A DNA stretch of 64,000 nt from Chloracidobacterium sp. N (GTDB lineage Bacteria > Acidobacteriota > Blastocatellia > Chloracidobacteriales > Chloracidobacteriaceae): positions 1,515,819 through 1,579,818 of the forward strand of contig NZ_CP072642.1 in the NCBI RefSeq assembly GCF_018304765.1. Direction: 5' to 3'. The translations under genes were made by a program, and so were the position numbers. Numbering within the stretch: position 1 is the stretch's first letter; each line of letters opens with the position of its first letter. The notes beneath the pieces are model-generated. The model saw nothing but the letters and a program-made list of their open reading frames with translations. It had not been told where the DNA came from and did no database searches. Below are positions 39,302 to 47,965 of the stretch, piece after piece.

Positions 39302-40456
39302 TCAGGCAGGTGGCGTGGCGTCCGAACATACCATAGCCGACGCAGAAAACCGTCTGGGTGAAAACGGTGCCACCTCACAGGGCGGCGGAAGCTGCTGTAC
39401 GAGGCAGCGGATAATCTCGGCCGTGATGGGCGTGAGCAGGACGCCGTTGCGATAGTGCCCCGTCGCACACCACAGCCCGGCCAGCGATGTCTCCCCGATG
39501 AGGGGCAGGTGGTCTATCGCCAGCGGACGCAACCCAGCCCAGGTTTCGATGAGTGACGCCGCTGCCAACGGCGGTGCCGTCGCCAGCGCCCCGGACAGCA
39601 GGGAACAGACGCCCCCGGCCGTGACGGCCTTTTCGTAGCCGACATCCTCGACCGTGGCACCAATGATGAGGCGCTGGTCACGCCGTGGCACGAGATATAC
39701 CTGGGAAGTGCGGATGACATGCCGCAACCGAAGGGATACCGGCATCTGAAGCGCCACCATCTGCCCACGGATGGGACGTATCACCCGCGCCGGCAGCCCC
39801 AGCAGGTTTGCCGACATCTGGGCCGCCCAACTCCCGGCGGCATTGATGACGACCGGTGCGGACCAGCGTTCATCCCGTACTTCGACGCCCACCACACGCC
39901 CTTTCTCAAGGCACAGCGTCAGTCCATCGCTATGGCAGTGGATGGGAACCTGGGCCGCTGCCACAGCAGCAATGAGAGCCTGGGTCAAACGCCGGTTTTC
40001 CACCTGCCAGTCGTCCGGCAGGTAGAGCGCGCCGTGACTTCTGACCAGTGGTTCGAGATTCTGGACATCGGAGGGCGACAGCCATTCCGCGTGGCAGCCA
40101 GCCGCCGTCTGCCAGTCGAGTTTGGCGTGCAGGGCGGCCACATCCTCCGGCTGGGACGCGACCAGCAGGGTGCCGGCCGGGCACAGCTCGATGTCAATCC
40201 GGGTTTCCTCCCAGAGGGCGGCGGCAAAGTCGGTGTAGAGGGAACGGCTTTTCAGGCACAGGTCAAACAGCGGCCCCGGCGCATCAGCTTCCGCCTGGGG
40301 CGCCAGCATCCCGGCTGCGGCCCACGACGCTTCACCGCCCGGACGGGCATTGCGTTCAAAAACCGTGACGCGCAGCCCGTCCCTGGCCAACGCACGGGCA
40401 ATGGCCAGGCCAATGACCCCACCGCCAATCACAATGGCATCACAGGTCTGTGTCAT
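39302..40456 (-). CDS. FAD-dependent oxidoreductase (ThiO/glycine oxidase-like)
   Basis: N-terminal DAIVIGGGVIGLAIARALARDGLRVTVFE dinucleotide-binding fold; DAO-family length. Confidence 0.65.
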   Translation of the reverse strand: MTQTCDAIVIGGGVIGLAIARALARDGLRVTVFERNARPGGEASWAAAGMLAPQAEADAPGPLFDLCLKSRSLYTDFAAALWEETRIDIELCPAGTLLVASQPEDVAALHAKLDWQTAAGCHAEWLSPSDVQNLEPLVRSHGALYLPDDWQVENRRLTQALIAAVAAAQVPIHCHSDGLTLCLEKGRVVGVEVRDERWSAPVVINAAGSWAAQMSANLLGLPARVIRPIRGQMVALQMPVSLRLRHVIRTSQVYLVPRRDQRLIIGATVEDVGYEKAVTAGGVCSLLSGALATAPPLAAASLIETWAGLRPLAIDHLPLIGETSLAGLWCATGHYRNGVLLTPITAEIIRCLVQQLPPPCEVAPFSPRRFSASAMVCSDATPPA

Positions 40457-40465
40457 GCGGGCTGG

Positions 40466-41482
40466 TTATTTCAGGTTGGCCATGTAATCCGTGACTTGGA
40501 TGTCACCCCGGATGATCTTCTGCCGTGCGGCTTCAACCTCCCGCAGGGTGTCCTCGGAAACCAGGGGCCGGTTGTAGTCATCGAGAGCATACGCAATGCC
40601 CTCATTTTCCAGACCGTAGGCGTGGATACCGCCACGGAAGCGTTTTTCGAGGGTTTCCTTGATGATGGTGTAAACCGCCACATCCACGCGCTTGACCATG
40701 CTGGTCAGGATGAAGCCGGGTTTGACCCAGTTCTGGTTGGCATCCACGCCAATTGCCAGCTTGCGGTTTTCCTCGGCGGCGTCAAAAACTCCGATGCCGG
40801 AGTTGCCAGCCGCCTGAAAGACGACATCAGCGCCGGCTTCATACTGAGCCTTGGCCAGTTCCTTGCCCTTGCCCGGATTGTTCCAGGCCGCATCGGTAAT
40901 GCCGACGAAATTCTTGAGAACGGTGATGTTGGGGTTGACGTAGCGCGCGCCTTCCTCGTAGCCGGTGGCAAACTTGCGAATGAGGGGAATATCCATGCCG
41001 CCGACAAAGCCAATCTTGCCGGTACGGCTGGCGCGGGCCGCCATCATCCCGACGAGAAAGCTGCCTTCGTGTTCCTTGAAGACCAGCGACGCCACATTGG
41101 GCAGGTCCACGACCGAATCCACAATGGCAAAGTGCAGGTTTGGGTATTCTTTGGCCACGGTCGCCAACACGGGCCCCTGTGCAAAGCCAATTCCGATGAT
41201 GAGGTCATAGCCCCGTTCGGCAAAGGCACGCATGCAGGGTTCGAGATTGTTGGGCTCGCCCGGCTCGGCATGGCGCAACACAATCGGCAGTTCCTGGCTG
41301 GCGCGCTTGGCCCCTTCCCAGGCGGCGGCATTGAAGGACTTGTCATCCTTGCCGCCAATGTCAAAGACCAGCCCCACCCGCAGTTTTCCTTCTTCATCAC
41401 GGGGGACATGGCCACAGCCGAGAGCGGCCCCCCAGACCAGGGCCGTCAGGAGCAGGACGCTCCATCGCACACGTTGCATCAT
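40466..41482 (-). CDS. BMP-family (PnrA-like) nucleoside-binding lipoprotein / ABC substrate-binding protein
   Basis: Lipoprotein signal (LLTALVWGAALGCG) and BMP-family fold features; no permease/ATPase genes adjacent. Confidence 0.7.
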   Translation of the reverse strand: MMQRVRWSVLLLTALVWGAALGCGHVPRDEEGKLRVGLVFDIGGKDDKSFNAAAWEGAKRASQELPIVLRHAEPGEPNNLEPCMRAFAERGYDLIIGIGFAQGPVLATVAKEYPNLHFAIVDSVVDLPNVASLVFKEHEGSFLVGMMAARASRTGKIGFVGGMDIPLIRKFATGYEEGARYVNPNITVLKNFVGITDAAWNNPGKGKELAKAQYEAGADVVFQAAGNSGIGVFDAAEENRKLAIGVDANQNWVKPGFILTSMVKRVDVAVYTIIKETLEKRFRGGIHAYGLENEGIAYALDDYNRPLVSEDTLREVEAARQKIIRGDIQVTDYMANLK

Positions 41483-41551
41483 GACCTCATCGGGACGACA
41501 TTACCGGATGGCCGGCTTTTCACGGTGGCGTCAGGACAGCGCACTCCACGC

Positions 41552-42331
41552 TCACCGTTCAAAGAGCATGTCTGCCAGTTCATCATAGGTTCGGTTGAAG
41601 GGACAATCGGCGGTGCACTTCCGGCACCACACCCCGTCGGTGTACTTCTCGATGTTCTGGCGGTTGAAGTAGTAGGGCTTGCTGGCGAAGGTCGAGGCCA
41701 CCCACTGCCAGGACAGGGCGTTCGGGGGTGGATTGCCGTCCAGCAGATGCGCAAAAAAGAGCCGCTCTCCAACGCTCCAGTGCACCTTCCGGTGGTGAAT
41801 CAGATAGGCTGCAAACCACATCCGCGCGTGATTGTGCAGGTAGCCGGTCGTGTATAACTCGCGCAGGGTTTCATCCATGCAGACCAGCCCGGTTTCAGCG
41901 CGCGCCACATCCTCCGGCAGGGTCATTTCCCAGACCGGCGGTGAAAATTTGTAGTCCTCGATGTCAGCGTAAATGCCATCGCCCAGCGCGGCATAGACTT
42001 CCTGCCAAAACTGATGCCAGGCCAGTTCAAAGACGAATTTGTAAATGCTTTCACCGGAACGTCCAAAGCGGGCAAAGATGGCGTCGCGCACTTCCCGCAG
42101 GGTCAGGACGCCGTGGCGAATGTAGGGCGACAGCCGCGAAACATGTCCGCGGGTCACATGATTGCGTGAGGCATAGCGCCGGGCGTCAAAGGCGGCGAGC
42201 TGGCGTTCCGCCGCCGTGCGTCCGCCTTCGATAGGTGAAATGGTCGGTTCGCCGATGTAGCAACCGTCCAAGGCCGCGGCAAGGTACGTCCGCATGGCCT
42301 CCCGCGAACGCCGCGTGGTGTCGAGCTTCAT
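41552..42331 (-). CDS. Stand-alone photolyase/cryptochrome FAD-binding-domain protein (no N-terminal alpha/beta domain)
   Basis: ELAWHQFWQEVY, TGYLHNHARMWFAAYL and LLDGNPPPNALSWQWVAS match the FAD-binding domain; C-terminal WCRKCTADC Cys cluster. Only 87 nt separate it from the upstream gene, so no N-domain is encoded. Confidence 0.6.
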   Translation of the reverse strand: MKLDTTRRSREAMRTYLAAALDGCYIGEPTISPIEGGRTAAERQLAAFDARRYASRNHVTRGHVSRLSPYIRHGVLTLREVRDAIFARFGRSGESIYKFVFELAWHQFWQEVYAALGDGIYADIEDYKFSPPVWEMTLPEDVARAETGLVCMDETLRELYTTGYLHNHARMWFAAYLIHHRKVHWSVGERLFFAHLLDGNPPPNALSWQWVASTFASKPYYFNRQNIEKYTDGVWCRKCTADCPFNRTYDELADMLFER

Positions 42332-42418
42332 CGTGCCACCCCTGCCCGTCTTTCCCGGTCATCCGGCTGGCAACCATCCGGCTGCCAACCGGAGGCGCGC
42401 CGGGGATGGTTCCCACTG

Positions 42419-43699
42419 CTATGCGGCTTTCGGAAGCGCAACCGTGGGACGTGCCGGCTGGCGGGCCTGTTTGGATTCGCCTTTGAGCACTTCCAGAGCG
42501 CGTTTGAGGATGACATCCTCACTGGGCGGCGGGACCTTTTTGGTGTCCTCCGGCAGATCGGTCGGGGCCGGGGCCTCAGTGTCCACGTCCGGCACAGACG
42601 GCTCAATGGTGGCTACCTTCACCTCAACGGAAGGCTTGACCGGCTCTTCCATAAACGACTTTCCGGTGGCCGGAGCGTAGCGCTGCGTGGTCAACAGCAG
42701 GGCCGAACCATCGCGCAGGGGGAACAACGCCTGTTCCGACCCCGCACCAAAGGTTTTCTCGCCAACGATTTCCCCGCGCTGATGGTCCCGGATGGCCGCC
42801 GCCACCACCTCGGCGGGGCCGGCCGTGGAACGGTCGGTCAGCACGACAAGTTTCCCCTCAAAGGTCACAGCGCCGGGCTTGGCAACCAACGTTGTGACCG
42901 TATTGCCAGCACCGATGGTTCGCGCTACGACACCCGACGGAACAAAGACACTCGCCAAGGCAACGGCTTCGGACAGTTCGCCATGCGCCGACTCCCGCAG
43001 GTCAAGAATAAGTTTCTGCGCCCCGCGCTGTTGCAGTTGGCGCACCGCCGTCATGACCTGTTCTGCCTTGCCACGTGCCAGCAGCCCGACCTTGATGTAA
43101 CCGGTGTCGGGGGACTCCATGCGCGATGTCACCGGAGACTGAAAAGTGCCGGGTTTCAGGGTCAGTTTCTCACCCTTGGTACGTCCGGAACGCAGCACCG
43201 TAATCTCGATAGAACCCCCTTCTGCCACTCCCGTCAGCATTTCCATGATTTCATAGAGGCTCACATCGCGCGTCGCCACGGTGTTGACATACTCGATGAT
43301 GTCGCCGGTTTTGACCCCGGCCTGGGCAGCCGGTGAGCCGGGGACAACGGCCAGGACGTAGCCAAAGCCAGCGTACTTGGAAACGACCATCCCGAAGGGC
43401 ACAGCCGTCATGGTTGTCGGTTTGAAACGCTGCACCTGCTCCGGCAACAGGTAGGCGCAATAGGGGTCAAGCCCCTCGGCGAGACCACGCAGGGCACCGA
43501 TGCGCACCTTGCCCATGTCCGGCTCGTCCACGTAATCGTTGGCAATGTGCTTGACAACTTCATTGAAGATTTTGAGCTGGACGTAGGGATTTCCCTTTGC
43601 GACCGCACTGGTGCGCCGGGCCAGCAAACCACCAATGACGGCATACAGGGCAAGCGCCGTGGAGAGAGCAACGAGGACGAGTTTGGCTTTGAACGACAT
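42419..43699 (-). CDS. ctpA: Carboxyl-terminal processing protease (S41, PDZ-containing)
   Basis: N-terminal TM/signal anchor, PDZ domain (GDIIEYVNTVATRD) and S41 catalytic region. Start taken at MSFKAK (43699). Confidence 0.8.
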   Translation of the reverse strand: MSFKAKLVLVALSTALALYAVIGGLLARRTSAVAKGNPYVQLKIFNEVVKHIANDYVDEPDMGKVRIGALRGLAEGLDPYCAYLLPEQVQRFKPTTMTAVPFGMVVSKYAGFGYVLAVVPGSPAAQAGVKTGDIIEYVNTVATRDVSLYEIMEMLTGVAEGGSIEITVLRSGRTKGEKLTLKPGTFQSPVTSRMESPDTGYIKVGLLARGKAEQVMTAVRQLQQRGAQKLILDLRESAHGELSEAVALASVFVPSGVVARTIGAGNTVTTLVAKPGAVTFEGKLVVLTDRSTAGPAEVVAAAIRDHQRGEIVGEKTFGAGSEQALFPLRDGSALLLTTQRYAPATGKSFMEEPVKPSVEVKVATIEPSVPDVDTEAPAPTDLPEDTKKVPPPSEDVILKRALEVLKGESKQARQPARPTVALPKAA

Positions 43700-43794
43700 T
43701 GGGCAGGCCTCAGCAGGATTGGGCGGATAGAAGGCAACACGGAGCCAGTCCGCAACCGGCGACCGGCGTACATAATAACCACAACACGGCAGAC

Positions 43795-44778
43795 TTATTC
43801 CGTGGCAAAGGTCGCATAATACCCCTCGCGGGCATTGACCGTCAGGTTCGGCAGCCCCTTGGGCGGGTTGAGCTTGACCTTGAGCTTGCGCCACCGCTGT
43901 TTCTCGTTGGGTTTGAGTCCGACCGGAAGCGTCGCCAGGTTGGTCGGCGTGTAGCCAATCCCGTACTGATGGCGCAGCTCTATCGCAATGCGGGTGATGA
44001 TTTCCTGTAACTCCATCTGGCTGTTGGGGAAAAAGGCCCGTCCGCCGGTCAGGCGCGTGATTTCGTCGAGAATGGACCGCCCCTGCAGGTCAAGAGAGGT
44101 GTCGTTGAAGGCTGTGGCAATCCCGATGGCATAAATCTGAACATCGGCTTCGCGTACCAGTTGGCGCACCTCACGGAACGTATAGCGGCTGCTGTTGTCC
44201 TGTCCGTCGCTGATGATGAGCAGCGCCCGACGGCCATGGCGGCCTTCCTTGAGTTTTTCGACCCCGATATACACGGCATCATAGAGTGCCGTCTGCCCTT
44301 TGGCCTCGGCCAGCATGACCGCACCGCTGATGCGTTCGGGATTAGGCGTGTAGTCCACGAGCAGCCGGGCCTGATGATTGAAACCGACGAGGAAGAATTC
44401 ATCCTCATCGTGGCAGGCATCCAGAAACTTGCGCAGGGCGATGTTGGAGCGGTTGAGCCGCCCGCGCATGCTGCCGGACATGTCGAAGACAATGCCGATG
44501 GAAACTGGCGCATCTTCGTCACTGAAGAACTCGATGGTTTGCTTGACGTTATCTTCGTACACCTCGAAGTGCTCGGCATCGAGTCCGGTCACGAAGCGTC
44601 CCTGCGGGTCAGTGACACTGACGTTGAGCGTCACCAGGTTGGTCGTGGTTTTGACAACTGGCGGTTCGTCCGGGCGTGGCGCAGCCGGCGGCTGCTGGGC
44701 ACGCCCTTCCAGCCCGCTGAAAAACCCGAACAGAATGAGCAAAAGGGCGTAAGTGATGACGAACAACCGGCTTCGCAT
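43795..44778 (-). CDS. VWA-domain protein with acidobacterial-type N-terminal region
   Basis: Signal peptide, then a VWA domain with MIDAS (DMSGSMRG). The N-terminal region is of the type common in Acidobacteria. Start taken at MRSRLF (44778). Confidence 0.65.
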   Translation of the reverse strand: MRSRLFVITYALLLILFGFFSGLEGRAQQPPAAPRPDEPPVVKTTTNLVTLNVSVTDPQGRFVTGLDAEHFEVYEDNVKQTIEFFSDEDAPVSIGIVFDMSGSMRGRLNRSNIALRKFLDACHDEDEFFLVGFNHQARLLVDYTPNPERISGAVMLAEAKGQTALYDAVYIGVEKLKEGRHGRRALLIISDGQDNSSRYTFREVRQLVREADVQIYAIGIATAFNDTSLDLQGRSILDEITRLTGGRAFFPNSQMELQEIITRIAIELRHQYGIGYTPTNLATLPVGLKPNEKQRWRKLKVKLNPPKGLPNLTVNAREGYYATFATE

Positions 44779-45020
44779 AAGCGCCGAACCTCTTCCAGAT
44801 GCAAGGGCCATCACCGGGAGCGTTCCCGCCGGGGCGACCGACCTGCCGCCGACATCGCCTTGGCGTTTGGCAGGGAATCTCATTGTAAGATTGTACGCAA
44901 GCAACGCGCAAGAAAGACGAACTGCTCCACTCACTGCCAGCATAGCCATCCACCAGGCTCCAGTGATGCCAAGGCATCCCTGACACCCTTGGCTGTGGCC
45001 GCTCACAACACCTTTTTGCC

Positions 45021-47633
45021 ATGGATCACCGTACGCTTTCGTTACTTTCCCTGTGGTTGTTGACCGCCTTGGTTGGCTTCTACGTCGTGGTGCGCCTTGC
45101 TTCCGGCGTGACCGAATTGCGCAGTTGGTCAGCCGGCCTGGTTCTGGAGGAAACCCAACCCGTCGTGCGCTTTGTCGAGGAGGGAAGCGCTGCGCAGCAG
45201 GCCGGACTTGAACCCGGCGACGAAATCTTTCAGCCGGACGGCCGTCCCCTGAAAGCCTTCAGCGACTACGCCCGTTTGCGGCGGATGGCCGAACAAACCA
45301 AGGTTCTGTCCCTGCTGGTCAAAAAACGTGACGGCCAGTTTTACCGTGTCGAGGTCAGGCTGCTTCCCCCGACGATCAGTTGGTTTTCGCTGGAGTTTTT
45401 TTTCACCATCGAGACGGCGCTCATCGTCCTGTTGTGCGCCGGTGTCGGTCTGGCCGTGTGCTGGCTGCGCTGGGAAGACGCCACAGCCCGGTTCGGGGGG
45501 CTTTTCTTCATCTCCCTCAGCACCCTGTTTGGCAGTGCCCAGTCGGCACTCCTGCCGCCGTGGGTCTCCATTCCGGCCGGACTTTTGCAGACCATCGGGA
45601 GCAGCGCCGCTGGCTACCTCTGCCTGTGCTTTTTCCTGGAATTTCCCACCCCCACCCGGCTTAGCCAGCCGGCGCGCTGGCTGAAGCAGGGCTACGGATG
45701 GGTGACGCTGTTCCTCGGTCTGCTGAGTGTCACAAACTTCACTGTGCGGCTCGCTTCCTTTGAAGCCACGCACTGGCTTCACACGGTGCCGCTCGTCAAC
45801 GAACTCCTGTCGGCCCGGATCATCACGCTGTGGATTGGGTTGGCGTCGCCATTCGGGCTGTACTTCGACCGCCGCCGGACCCAGACGCCGGAGCAGGCCC
45901 GCCGCCTGAAGGTGTTTACTGTTGGCTCGGCCGTGGGCGTCATTCCGGTGCTCCTGCTGATCCTGGCGACCTACACCTTTAAGCTCAACGCGGAAGACTA
46001 CCCGTGGCTCTACGTCCTGCCGATTGCCCTGTTCCCGCTGTTTCCCCTCTCCTTTGCCTATGTCGTCGTCAGGCACCGGGTGCTCGGCATCCAGCAGATT
46101 CTGCGCAGCGGCGTGCGGTATCTGTTCGTTTCGCGTGGGGTCATCGTTCTCGAATGCCTGGTGTTTTACTTCCTCGCACGCTACCTGGTGTTTCCCCTTG
46201 TGCTCTGGGGGCATAGCCTGATTGGGCAGCGGCCGACACTTTTCAGCCTCAGCCTCTGGATGGTGGCCACCGGGAGCGCATTCTTTGGTCTGGCTTTCTT
46301 CATCAATCCGCGCCTCCAGAAGACCATTGATCGGCGCTTCTTTCGTGAAGCCTACAAAGTCCAGCAGGTGCTCAGCGACCTGGCAGCTTCGGTTCGTCAG
46401 GCCACCAACATTGACGAGATGCTCCGGCGCGTGGCGGCCACAGTGGATGCCGCCCTGCACGTCAAAACCATTGGTTTTTTGCTGCACCCCAGCCTGCTTG
46501 GGAGTCCAGCCGAAACCATCACCAATGGTACTCCCCCGATGTTGCGTGGCTTTGCCTGTCGCTTTGGCCCCAACACCTCCGGGATTGTTGAGTCGGAGTT
46601 GTCCTTTCCCCTGACTTCACCGCTGATTGCCAGACTGCGCCGTGAACCGGAACCGTTTGACCTCGAACCGGAATCCACGGACGGTATTCCCTATGGAAAA
46701 CATCCGACGCTGCGCCGTCTGGACTCGCACCTGCTCATCCCTTTGGTCTCCGGCGACAACCTGCTGGGGGTGTTCAGTCTGGGGCCGAAGCTCTCCGGTG
46801 AACCCTACACCAGCGAAGACAAGGCGCTGCTGATGACCGTGGCTGAGTCGGTGGCGCTGCGGCTGGACAACGCCCAACTCGTCCGGCGGCTGACCGCCGA
46901 AGCGACCCTGCGCCGCGAACTGGAAATTGCGCGCGAGATGCAGCAGCGGCTGCTCCCTTCAGCGCCACCCAGGTTGCCTGGACTGGACGTGGTTGGGGTT
47001 TCCTTTCCGGCCAACGACGTTGGCGGGGATTACTATGACTTCCTGCGGCTTGATATGTACCGTCTGGCCGTGGCTATTGGGGATGTCGCCGGGCATGGGA
47101 TTTCATCCGGGTTGCTTATGGCGCTGGCCAAAGGTGGGTTGCACAACCAGGTTCGCAGCGACACCGACCCTTCAGCCGTGATGGCGGCCATGAACCAACT
47201 CATTGCCGTTTCGGGCAGCCGGCGGGACCTCATGACCTTGACGTATTGCGTCATTGACACGGCAACCCAAACCATCGCCATGGCGAATGCCGGGCACCCG
47301 CCAGCCTATCACTACCACGCGGACACGGGTCTCGTGGAAGCCATCGAACATGGGGCCTATCCGCTTGGCGTCCGTCGCCACAGCCACTACCCGACACGGT
47401 GCCTGACCTACCGCCCCGGCGACACGGTCGTCTTCTACACGGATGGACTGATTGAGGCGCGCAATGCCGCCGGAGAAGTTTTCGGCTTTGAACGGCTGGA
47501 GACCCTGCTGGCCCACCATGGCAACGGTTCCGCTGCGGCCCTGCAAACGGCTATCCTCACCGCACTACGTGCGTTTCTGGGCGACCTGACAGCCGAAGAC
47601 GATGTCACCCTGGTCATCCTCCACTTCACCTGA
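45021..47633 (+). CDS. PDZ-7TM-GAF-PP2C (SpoIIE/RsbU-like) membrane sensor phosphatase
   Basis: N-terminal PDZ-like (GLEPGDEIFQPDGRPL), about 8 hydrophobic helices, GAF-like region, C-terminal PP2C motifs (GGDYYDF, AIGDVAGHGISSGLLMA, FYTDGLIEA). Confidence 0.75.
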   Translation: MDHRTLSLLSLWLLTALVGFYVVVRLASGVTELRSWSAGLVLEETQPVVRFVEEGSAAQQAGLEPGDEIFQPDGRPLKAFSDYARLRRMAEQTKVLSLLVKKRDGQFYRVEVRLLPPTISWFSLEFFFTIETALIVLLCAGVGLAVCWLRWEDATARFGGLFFISLSTLFGSAQSALLPPWVSIPAGLLQTIGSSAAGYLCLCFFLEFPTPTRLSQPARWLKQGYGWVTLFLGLLSVTNFTVRLASFEATHWLHTVPLVNELLSARIITLWIGLASPFGLYFDRRRTQTPEQARRLKVFTVGSAVGVIPVLLLILATYTFKLNAEDYPWLYVLPIALFPLFPLSFAYVVVRHRVLGIQQILRSGVRYLFVSRGVIVLECLVFYFLARYLVFPLVLWGHSLIGQRPTLFSLSLWMVATGSAFFGLAFFINPRLQKTIDRRFFREAYKVQQVLSDLAASVRQATNIDEMLRRVAATVDAALHVKTIGFLLHPSLLGSPAETITNGTPPMLRGFACRFGPNTSGIVESELSFPLTSPLIARLRREPEPFDLEPESTDGIPYGKHPTLRRLDSHLLIPLVSGDNLLGVFSLGPKLSGEPYTSEDKALLMTVAESVALRLDNAQLVRRLTAEATLRRELEIAREMQQRLLPSAPPRLPGLDVVGVSFPANDVGGDYYDFLRLDMYRLAVAIGDVAGHGISSGLLMALAKGGLHNQVRSDTDPSAVMAAMNQLIAVSGSRRDLMTLTYCVIDTATQTIAMANAGHPPAYHYHADTGLVEAIEHGAYPLGVRRHSHYPTRCLTYRPGDTVVFYTDGLIEARNAAGEVFGFERLETLLAHHGNGSAAALQTAILTALRAFLGDLTAEDDVTLVILHFT

Positions 47634-47965
47634 AACCGGCCGGCGGCGCTGCTGCGGTTACCGGTGTTTCTGTGGGTCATCATTTCCCCGGTCAAATCGC
47701 GTCCCGGCAGGGTGCCGGACAGGCCCCAGCCCACGAACCATTTGGCTACTCAGCAGCACATTGCTTCAACGGCCAACCTGTCCTAGACTGCAAGCGATTT
47801 CGAGCTGCTTCAAGTGCGGATGACACCAGTCAGATGCTCCCGCAGTCCTGGAAAATCTGATACCTGGCCGTCACAGCATCGCAGAGGTGCTGGCTTGGGT
47901 TTGTTACCCCTTACCTGTCAGGGAACCGCACTACACTGACCGTTCCGGTGGAGCCGTGAGGAACT

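Noticed and set aside
39719-41857. 712-aa plus-strand ORF spanning three minus-strand genes
   Set aside because: Runs antisense through the FAD oxidase, BMP lipoprotein and photolyase-domain genes, each of which has clear family signatures. Composition is Gly/Arg/Pro-biased.
45129-46487. 452-aa ORF antisense to the PP2C sensor gene
   Set aside because: The sense strand has a coherent PDZ/TM/GAF/PP2C architecture.
47634-47965. Possible small RNA/terminator in the 332-nt spacer after the PP2C gene
   Set aside because: Only weak, imperfect inverted repeats; no convincing structure or conserved motif visible by eye.
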